Notes under the pieces: model-generated | The model's database searches: none | Told to the model about the DNA's origin: nothing | The model's input: only the letters and a program-made list of their open reading frames with translations | Assembly: GCA_963810935.1 (NCBI GenBank) | Contig: CAWEPK010000009.1 | Coordinates: forward strand, 256,001-320,000 | Source of the DNA: an uncultured delta proteobacterium | Lineage (GTDB): Bacteria; Desulfobacterota; Syntrophorhabdia; Syntrophorhabdales; WCHB1-27 | Direction: 5' to 3' | Length of the DNA: 64,000 nt | Shown here: one piece after another, positions 20,390-28,087 of the stretch | How the letters are laid out: each line of letters begins with the position of its first letter | How positions within the stretch are numbered: position 1 is the first letter of the stretch | Position numbers and translations under genes: made by a program

Positions 20390-21743
20390 ATGGAAAAAAT
20401 GGGGATATTGGTAGTGGAGGATGAGCAGACCCAAAGGGTCTTGCTCGAGGGGCTTCTCAAGAAGGAAGGATACGCCGCTACAGGCGCAGAAGATGGAGAG
20501 CGGGCGCTTCAGCTTGCCAGGGACCGCACTTTCGAGATAGTGCTCCTCGATTACAAGCTGCCGGGCATGGACGGATTGACCGTGCTCAAAAAGCTTAAGG
20601 AGATGAACCCGGAGATCCAGGTCATCATGATCACCGCTTTCGGCAGCATCGAGAACGCGGTCACCGCTCTCAAGGAGGGCGCGTTCGAGTACCTGACCAA
20701 GCCCATCGACCTCGACGACCTCCTTTTCAAGATCAAGAAGGTCGAGGAGCGCCTGCACCTGATCCACGAGAACCTCGTGCTCAAAGAGGCCCTCAAGGAC
20801 AAAATGAAGTCGGAGAACATCGTCTACGCCAGCGAGAAGATGCACGAGATCGTCAGCCTCATCGTGAGGGTGGCCAAGACGGACTCGACCTGCATGGTCC
20901 AGGGCGAAAGCGGCGTAGGTAAGGAGATAGTTGCCAATCTCGTCCACGAGCTCGAGCGAGAGGAAGGGGCAGCCGCTGGTCAAAGTGAACTGCTCCGCTA
21001 TCCCGGAAACGCTCCTGGAAAGCGAGCTGTTCGGCTATGAAAGGGGCGCCTTCACAGGGGCCTATCAGAGAAAGATCGGCAAGTTCGAAGTCGCCAACAA
21101 GGGGACCGTCTTTCTGGACGAGATCGGCGACGTGCCGCTTCCCTTGCAGCCGAAGCTGCTCCGCGTGCTCCAGGAGCGGGAGATAGAAAGGCTGGGGGGA
21201 CTCCACCCGATCAAGGTCGATGTCCGGATCATAACGGCCACCAACAAGAACCTCGAAGAAGAGGTGAAACAGGGGCGCTTCAGGGAAGACCTGTTCTACC
21301 GGCTGAACATCGTCCAGATAGAAATCCCGCCTTTGAGGGAGAGGAAGGAAGACATCCCGCTTCTTCTCGATTTCTTCCTGAAGAAATTCAACGAAAGGCA
21401 CAAGAAGCAGTTGAAGGGATTTTCCAGGGAGGCGCGGGACACGCTTATCAAGCACGATTACCCCGGCAACGTGCGGGAGCTCGAGAATGTCGTCGAGCGG
21501 TCCGTAGTCCTTTCAAGGGGAGAATACGTCACCCGTGAGGACCTTTCCATGCTCGGTTCGGCGGACGCCGTCCCGACGGACGGCAGCATGAAGCAGGTCG
21601 TCGAGTCGATGGAGAAGAGGATGATAATGGAGGCCCTCGTCACGGCCAACTGGGTGCAAACGAGGGCAGCCGAGGCCATCGGGATCAGCGAGAGGATGTT
21701 GCGGTACAAAATGAAAAAGCTGGGGATAGCGAGAGAGGAATAA
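20390..21743 (+). CDS. sigma54-dependent response regulator (ZraR/AtoC-like); +1 frameshift at ~20954
   Basis: REC domain and GESGVGKE in one frame; [29 protein letters not shown] and Fis HTH in the next; the two join at CTC-G-AGC. Confidence 0.92.
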
Positions 21744-21790
21744 AGCTGCCGCGGGGCGACGCTAGCCCCGAGGCTCTTAATGCATCTTGC

Positions 21791-21853
21791 TTTTTATGAA
21801 GGGGTGGCTCCGCCGGCTGATGCCGGTGGAGGGGGCGACGCGAGCCCCAATAA
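21791..21853 (+). repeat. Structured intergenic repeat, family A (preceded by a short related hairpin at 21753-21769)
   Basis: Reverse complement matches the 27002/27082 copies except in the inner stem. Confidence 0.85.
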
Positions 21854-21893
21854 TTGACAGCGGACTTGGCTCGTCTTATATTTTGTGCACTAT

Positions 21894-22466
21894 ATGTCCG
21901 CGAACGAGTTCATCGAGCATTACGGCTATCTCGCTCTGTTCGTTGGCGTTTTTTTCGAGGGAGAGACAGTCCTCATCGCTGCGTCGTTTGCCGCGCACCA
22001 GGGCTACCTGGACGTCTCCTGGGTCATCCTGATCGCCTTTTTCGGCGCCGTCGCAGGTGATGAATTCTATTTCTTCCTGGGCCGGTTCAAGGGCAGGACT
22101 TTCCTTAGAAAACATCCTTCATGGACGGAAAGGATCATGAAGGTCCAGCACCTGCTTGAGCACTACCACCGGCTTATCATCCTCGGTTTCCGCTTCCTTT
22201 ACGGTCTTCGGAGCGTCACCCCGTTCGCCCTCGGCGTGATGAGCGATGTCAAAATCTCCCAGTTCATCGTCCTGAATCTCATAGGAGCATTTGTCTGGTC
22301 GGTTGTGATGGGACTGTTCGGTTTTCTCTTCGGCGTCCTCCTCGACGCACTGATCTTCAACGTGAGAAAAGTAGAACACCACGTCATGCTGGCTATCATC
22401 ATCCTGTGGGGCCTGGGGTGGGTGTGGTATTTCTTCCTGAAGAGACGGAGACTAAGGAAGGCATAA
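21894..22466 (+). CDS. dedA: DedA family membrane protein
   Basis: EGETVLI..GD..F.LGR, RFLYGLR..P; promoter TTGACA-17-TATATT at 21854-21882. Confidence 0.9.
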   Translation: MSANEFIEHYGYLALFVGVFFEGETVLIAASFAAHQGYLDVSWVILIAFFGAVAGDEFYFFLGRFKGRTFLRKHPSWTERIMKVQHLLEHYHRLIILGFRFLYGLRSVTPFALGVMSDVKISQFIVLNLIGAFVWSVVMGLFGFLFGVLLDALIFNVRKVEHHVMLAIIILWGLGWVWYFFLKRRRLRKA

Positions 22467-22480
22467 TAGCACCGCCTGCG

Positions 22481-22819
22481 CTAGTCGTGTTTTTTGATAG
22501 AAAAGATGGGCTCCTGCACCGATTCGCTCCTGCAGATCGGACACCTGCCGGGCTTCTTCAGACGGACCCTCTTACGGAAGACAAACCCGCACCTTTCGCA
22601 CTGCGCGGGGACCACGATCAGCTTCGATGTGCTCTTGTCTATCGTTTTACGGATGTGCTCCAGGTGTTCGTACACATCCCTTTCCGGGATCCGCAGCTCA
22701 ACCGATATCTGCCTGGCGCCCAGCGGCGCCTCCGCCAGGAGGGCGGCGATCCTTTTCCGGATCGTCTGATACCTCTCCTCCGGCACGACGGCTTCTTTGG
22801 GTAGTTTGCGAACGGCCAT
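22481..22819 (-). CDS. HTH plus Zn-ribbon predicted transcriptional regulator (COG3357-like)
   Basis: TIRKRIAALL..VYEHLEHI..PAQCERCGFVF..PGRCPICRSE. Confidence 0.8.
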   Translation of the reverse strand: MAVRKLPKEAVVPEERYQTIRKRIAALLAEAPLGARQISVELRIPERDVYEHLEHIRKTIDKSTSKLIVVPAQCERCGFVFRKRVRLKKPGRCPICRSESVQEPIFSIKKHD

Positions 22820-22966
22820 CCGGGCTCCAGTGTACCATAATTATAGGCGTGCCTGCGCAGGTGCGCCATCGGAAAAACACCGGCTGCTTCTCCTTGCCGC
22901 AGGCATCAGGCGACCTTATATTTAACATTACGAAGAGACTAAAGCGACCGAGATAAGGGGGGTCCC

Positions 22967-23533
22967 ATGGCAGAGATAAAATGGATCGGGGACGTGGAAT
23001 CCGCACTTTCCCTGGCTAAGTCCGAAAAGAGGCCGCTGTTGCTCGATTTCTTCAACCCGAATTGAATAGGCTGCAAACAAATGGGTGCAGTTACGTACCC
23101 TGACGGACGCGTTGCGGAATTCATAAACAACCGGACGATACCCGTTCAGCTCCTCTACGACGCACAGCCTTATGCCTCTATGTACAACGTTAAGTGGACG
23201 CCTACGATCCTCATGCTGGACGAAACCGGAAAGGAGCACCACAGGATAGTCGGCTTCCTGCCCCCCGAGGAGTTCATACCGAACCTGCTCCTCGGCACGG
23301 CGAAGGTGAGCTTCGACAGGGATGAGCTGGAGCAGGCGGACGCAGACCTCGAGAAGGTCATCCACAGCTATCCGCAGAGTGCAGCGGCGCCTGAGGCGAT
23401 CTATCTGCACGGCGTAATCCGGTTCAAGGAAACGCATGAGCCGGAGCCGCTGAAGGAGGCCTTCGAGAAACTCAAACGCGAGCACCCGGAAAGCGAGTGG
23501 GCAAAAAGAGCGACGCCTTACGGGCTTCTGTAG
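22967..23533 (+). CDS. Thioredoxin-fold/TPR protein, probable selenoprotein (UGA at 23063-23065 in UxxC)
   Basis: AAGGGGGG RBS, then MAEIKW..ALSLAKSEKRPLLLDFFNPN-UGA-IGCKQM in frame with the 23081-23533 ORF; WTPT cis-Pro loop; TPR-like C-terminus; 188 aa. Confidence 0.88.
23083..23100 (+). promoter_or_regulatory. Candidate bacterial SECIS hairpin
   Basis: GGGUGC-AGUUAC-GUACCC stem-loop; loop starts 23 nt after the UGA, with GU at loop positions 2-3. Confidence 0.55.
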
Positions 23534-23721
23534 ATAAAGACCGATGGGTGAATAAGCGATTACCGGCCGCACCCTGCTGCCTCTATCGAGGCCGCAAGAA
23601 TACTCTCGCAGGACGCGGCTGGTAAGTTTTTTTTACCGGCCTTCGCAATATCCTTGCAAATCGATTCGAATTGGGTAAATATTACTGCCATGAGATTGTT
23701 GCCTAAACGGATGGATGCAGA

Positions 23722-24357
23722 ATGAGAAGGGCGCCTTTCAACGCCTGTGACTATCTTTGCGACCGGTGCGCAGAGACGGCCTATTGCGACATCTTTGCCC
23801 TTTTGCGCAGCAAGGCCCTTTCCGGACAGATGGAGGGCAAACCCGGCGGACTGCCCGGCGCCTCTATCGAGGACGTGAAGGAGTCGCTCGATGAGACGAT
23901 GGAAGTCCTGAAGGCGATAGCCGTGGCGCTCGCGATAGACCCGGACGACAGTGCCGGCTTCGGCGGCCTGGAAAAAAGCTCGGTTGACGATGACGGGTTA
24001 TACCGCCTTGCCCACGCCTTCACCACGAAGACGCATGCCTTTCTGAAAAACGTGGAGCCTTTCGTAAGCTCCGGGCAAAAGACGGCCTTCGACGATCTTG
24101 TCTGGTACCACAGGATGGTCTCGGTCAAGACGCGCAGGGCGGTCGCGTCCGATTTCAGCGGCATGTCCGAAGATGCCGTAGATTCGGCCGGCGTCGCCAT
24201 GCGATCGCTCAACAGATGCATAGAGGCGTTCGAGGATATCCGCCAGTCCTGCTTTCTGGCGTCCCACGATTCGCGTCAGCTTTCAAACACGGCAGTCGAG
24301 ATAAGAAAGCAGCTCAGGAAGCGTTTCCAAAAAGACTCGCTGCAGGAACCCGCTTAA
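23722..24357 (+). CDS. Hypothetical protein with N-terminal Cys cluster
   Basis: NACDYLCDRCAETAYC followed by a helical domain. Confidence 0.75.
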   Translation: MRRAPFNACDYLCDRCAETAYCDIFALLRSKALSGQMEGKPGGLPGASIEDVKESLDETMEVLKAIAVALAIDPDDSAGFGGLEKSSVDDDGLYRLAHAFTTKTHAFLKNVEPFVSSGQKTAFDDLVWYHRMVSVKTRRAVASDFSGMSEDAVDSAGVAMRSLNRCIEAFEDIRQSCFLASHDSRQLSNTAVEIRKQLRKRFQKDSLQEPA

Positions 24358-24429
24358 GCCGCAAAAACGGCCTGACGCATCCAAAGACGAGAAACCCGAT
24401 CTGATAGGACATGAAACGCCCCGGAGCTT

Positions 24430-24846
24430 TCAGCGCTCGATCATATCGATAAAGCGCCGCTCAGTCCTTACGACCTCGAAGACCGCATCGATTTGCGCTA
24501 TGAGCTCATCTTTGGTAACAGGCTTGGTTATAAACGGAAAACCGTGTATGTAACCGTTCCTTTTCTTCACTTCATCGTCCGTAAGAAGGCCGGTAATGAA
24601 CGCAATCGGGATATCCCGCGTGCCTTCGCCGCGGATGAGGCGGTCGGCCACCTGCGCCCCGTTCATTTTCGGCATCCTTATGTCGAGAAGAATCAACTCC
24701 GGCTTTTCCGTCTCCGCCCGGCTCAAGCCCGAAGCCCCATCCGTCGCGACAGAGACATCGAACCTACCCGTCCTTTCGAGACAGTGCTTGACGAACTCAC
24801 AAAAACCTTCTTCGTCGTCGATTACGAGTATCTTCTTCTCCCTCAT
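24430..24846 (-). CDS. Single-domain response regulator
   Basis: ILVIDD, LLDIRMP, FITG, TKP; GGAGG RBS; promoter TTGACG-17-TAAACT at 24879-24907. Confidence 0.9.
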   Translation of the reverse strand: MREKKILVIDDEEGFCEFVKHCLERTGRFDVSVATDGASGLSRAETEKPELILLDIRMPKMNGAQVADRLIRGEGTRDIPIAFITGLLTDDEVKKRNGYIHGFPFITKPVTKDELIAQIDAVFEVVRTERRFIDMIER

Positions 24847-25016
24847 CTTTCCTCCTGAACTGCAGGCAGTCGATATCTAGTTTAGTAACGAAACGGGCTC
24901 GCGTCAAGCCCCCGGACACCCTCCGGGATACCGGGTAGACCCCGTTCCCGAGGCAGCGATTGTCCTTTTTCTTATCCCGAGTTTTCTAAAACGAATAGGC
25001 GACCGAAGGGCGCCGG

Positions 25017-25445
25017 TCAAATATCGAGTATGACAAACGCCTTCCACCCCCGGCCGGTTTTTTCAAGGCTGAGGCGGTGGAGCGTGACTGCTTTCACGTC
25101 TGCGCGCTGCGCGTGGCGGCCAGGGTCGAGCTTTTCCCCTGCAGCGCTCGCGCGAAGGCGGTACGTATTCCCCGTTTCCGTTACGGTTGCCTTCCCGATT
25201 TTCAATAGAAGCTGCTCCGCGTCCTTATAGTATATCAGTTCTTGAAGGAGGTCGAGAAGTAGCATGTCGGCGGTGCGCTCTTCCAGGTCTATCTCCCTTT
25301 GCTCCCTCGGTGCAATGGAGGCCAGGTCTTCGACCATCACGTTCATCGTCGCGTCGCACGCTGCCACGAGCGTCTCCTCCAGGGTCGTGTCTTCCGCCTC
25401 GAATGCGATATCGGCCGTCGCAACGTCTTCCAGGTAACGGTACAG
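25017..25445 (-). CDS. Archease (RtcB activator), CTG start
   Basis: AAGGAG-AGCCC-CTG then YRYLEDVATADIAFEA; C-terminal DVKAVTLH..ILDI. Confidence 0.9.
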   Translation of the reverse strand: MYRYLEDVATADIAFEAEDTTLEETLVAACDATMNVMVEDLASIAPREQREIDLEERTADMLLLDLLQELIYYKDAEQLLLKIGKATVTETGNTYRLRASAAGEKLDPGRHAQRADVKAVTLHRLSLEKTGRGWKAFVILDI

Positions 25446-25474
25446 GGGCTCTCCTTCTTTCGGTGCGCCTTCGC

Positions 25475-26932
25475 CTACCCTTTCACATTGCCCACGGGGA
25501 TAAACCGCGCGACTCTTCGGGCGATCCCCGCAAGCTCGGCTGCCTCGGCCACTTCATCGATATTCTTGTAGGCCGCCCCCGCCTCCTCCGCGAGGCCCGA
25601 CCAGGAAGCGGTGCGGACATAGATGCCCCGCTTTTCCATCTCCCGCTGGAGGTCTTTTCCCCGCCACTGCTTCCGCGCGGCCGTGCGGCTCATAGTGCGT
25701 CCGCTGCCGTGAGGCGCGCTGAAGAACGTCTCCCTGCCCCCTTCCGTGCCGACGAGGAGGTAAGAGCCGGTTTCCATGCTCCCTCCTATTATGACCGGCT
25801 GGCCGATCTTCTTGTACCGGTCCGGTATCTCCGCCATGCCCGGCCCGAAGGCCCTGGTGGCCCCCTTCCTGTGTACGAGGAGCTGCCTATCCTTGCCGTT
25901 TACCATGTAGCGCTCCAGCTTCGCCGTATTGTGCGCTATGTCGTAAATCATCCGGACGCCCAGCTTTTCCGCCGGTTTGCCGAACATACGGGAAAAAACC
26001 TCCCTTATGCGATGGAGGATCATCTGGCGGTTCGCGAACGACATATTGAGGGCGCATTTCATAGCAGAGAAATAGTTGCGCCCTTCCGGCGAATCGAAGG
26101 GGGCGCAGGCAAGCTCCCGGTCGGGGACGCGTATGGCGTACTTGCTCTCCATGACGTTCAGGAAGCTGCGGAGGTAATCGGTCGCCACCTGATGGCCGAA
26201 CCCCCTGCTGCCACAATGGAACATGATAACAACCCGGCCGGGCGCGAGGCCGAACGCTTCCGCGAGTTCCGGCGCGAATATGTGCTTCTCGTGTACGACC
26301 TGCACCTCAAGATAATGGTTGCCGGAGCCTAGGGTCCCTATCTGGTTGAAGCCCCGGTCGATGGCCCTCTCGCTGACTGTAGAGGCATCCGCTCCGGGGG
26401 TGCAGCCCCGGTCTTCCGTCAGCTCCAGGTCTTCGTTCCAGCCGTAGCCGTTGCGGACGCACCATCCGGCCCCCTGCTCGACAACGTCACGGAATTCCTG
26501 TCTCGTCAGCTTCAGGAAGCCCGAGCTTCCGACGCCCGCGGGCACTGCGGCGAAGAGCGCGTCTACAAGCTCTTTGAGCCGTGGCTTGACCTCTTCATAG
26601 TCCAGGTCGGTCTTGATCAGCCTCATGCCGCAATTGATATCGAAGCCGATACCGCCCGGCGAGATGACGCCGCCTTGCCCGATGTCCATCGCAGCTACGC
26701 CCCCGATGGGGAACCCGTATCCGAAATGGCCGTCCGGCATGCATAGGGCATAATCCGTCACGCCCGGCAGCATGGCGACGTTGGTCACCTGGTCGTAAAC
26801 CGCGTCGTCCATCTCTTTGATCAGCTTCTCGGTGCCGTAGACGCGGGCAGGCACACGCATCCCCGGCTTGTACGACACCGGCAGCTCCCATACAGTCTCC
26901 GACAGGCGCTGCAAGCGTTGCGGCATCGGCAA
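25475..26932 (-). CDS. rtcB: RNA ligase RtcB (archaeal/eukaryotic-like, archease-linked)
   Basis: MPDGHFGYGFPIGG, GFDINCG, GTLGSGNHYLE, HCGSRG, HNTAK, HRKGATR, HGSGR, EEAGAAYK; TTG start 8 nt after GGAGG (ATG 26926 is an alternative). Confidence 0.97.
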   Translation of the reverse strand: MPMPQRLQRLSETVWELPVSYKPGMRVPARVYGTEKLIKEMDDAVYDQVTNVAMLPGVTDYALCMPDGHFGYGFPIGGVAAMDIGQGGVISPGGIGFDINCGMRLIKTDLDYEEVKPRLKELVDALFAAVPAGVGSSGFLKLTRQEFRDVVEQGAGWCVRNGYGWNEDLELTEDRGCTPGADASTVSERAIDRGFNQIGTLGSGNHYLEVQVVHEKHIFAPELAEAFGLAPGRVVIMFHCGSRGFGHQVATDYLRSFLNVMESKYAIRVPDRELACAPFDSPEGRNYFSAMKCALNMSFANRQMILHRIREVFSRMFGKPAEKLGVRMIYDIAHNTAKLERYMVNGKDRQLLVHRKGATRAFGPGMAEIPDRYKKIGQPVIIGGSMETGSYLLVGTEGGRETFFSAPHGSGRTMSRTAARKQWRGKDLQREMEKRGIYVRTASWSGLAEEAGAAYKNIDEVAEAAELAGIARRVARFIPVGNVKG

Positions 26933-27001
26933 GGGTATAACCTCCTGATGTTAATATTCTCTCATAGAATGGGCATCACGCGGAAGGAATATTGCGGCAA
27001 T

Positions 27002-27146
27002 TATTGGGGCTCGCGTCGCCCCCTCCACGAGCGAAGCTCGTGGAGCCACCCCCTCATAAAAAGGAAGAGGCATTTACCCACTATTGGGGCTCGCGTCGCC
27101 CCCTCCACGAGCGAAGCTCGTGGAGCCACCCCCTCATAAAAAGGAA
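27002..27146 (-). repeat. Two tandem identical 65-bp copies of repeat family A (80-bp period); short related hairpin at 27162-27188
   Basis: 27002-27066 equals 27082-27146. Confidence 0.9.
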
Positions 27147-27189
27147 AAACTTTAAAAATCACCGGGGATAGCGTCGTCCCCGGCTGCCT

Positions 27190-27897
27190 TTAATCGGGCC
27201 AGACGTTCCTTTTCTCCCTGCTGCCCATAAACGACGGCCGCTCGAAGTCCAGGTCGTTTATTTTGGCAGAGTCGATGCGCAGCACAACGCGCTTGCCGCT
27301 CGTGGCAATGACGCTAAAGGGTACGTAAATGTCCCGCCTCATCGTCCGGTCAATCAGGAAGTCTTTTTCCCTTATCTCCCTGACCTGGCCGATATGTTCG
27401 CCGTTGGAGTCGACAACCTCCATGCCCTCGATGATGCGCTGCCCTTCCGTCCACGCAGGCGCCCTTTCTCCCGGCATGATGCCGGCGGGCTCGAACGCGG
27501 CGGGGTCGACGCGCAGCATATTCTGGATGTCTACGACCCCGAGCACCGATTCGGCCGTGTCCTCGGCTGCGTGCTTGGCCGCCCTGCTTGCGACGGAGCC
27601 TTTAAGCGTCACTACACCTCCGGCAACGTCCACATCGACGTCCCGCGCGTCTATCGACCCGTGGCGCATGAGCCGCTCGCACACCTCTTCCTTGACGCGC
27701 TCGTCGGAGCGCGTGTAGCCCTTGGGCCCCTTTCCTGTATACGGGCCCGGTTCCTGCCACTGCTCAGCAGGCCGGCCGGAATCCTGGCGGACGGAAGGGT
27801 CGACGTAATACGCCCGGCCCATCATGCTTCGGGCGTCAGCCCCCCGGTCGTGCTCGCCATCACCCTTTTGCCTCTCTCCATAGGTTCGCTCGCTCAT
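27190..27897 (-). CDS. BON domain protein with C-terminal PRC-barrel/DUF2171-like domain
   Basis: GKGPKGYTRSDERVKEEVCERL..VTLKGSV..GVVDIQNML; GMEVVDSNGEHIGQV..IYVPF. Confidence 0.85.
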   Translation of the reverse strand: MSERTYGERQKGDGEHDRGADARSMMGRAYYVDPSVRQDSGRPAEQWQEPGPYTGKGPKGYTRSDERVKEEVCERLMRHGSIDARDVDVDVAGGVVTLKGSVASRAAKHAAEDTAESVLGVVDIQNMLRVDPAAFEPAGIMPGERAPAWTEGQRIIEGMEVVDSNGEHIGQVREIREKDFLIDRTMRRDIYVPFSVIATSGKRVVLRIDSAKINDLDFERPSFMGSREKRNVWPD

Positions 27898-28087
27898 GGT
27901 TTCCCCCCTGTCTTGTCAGTAAGCGCCGTCCAATCGTCCGGCTAGAGGAACATAACGCAGTTTGGCCCGGTGTCAAGTCCGCCGCGCGCGGACACGGGTT
28001 GATGCCTTTGTTGTCTTGCTGCCCTTTATATGGAATATTATTGGAAGTGAAAGCCCCTGGAGAGAGGGACTCAACAGGCAGAGGCGG

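Noticed and set aside
27002..27146. Direct repeats as a mini CRISPR array
   Set aside because: Only two 65-bp units with a 15-bp gap, dispersed copies elsewhere, and no cas genes
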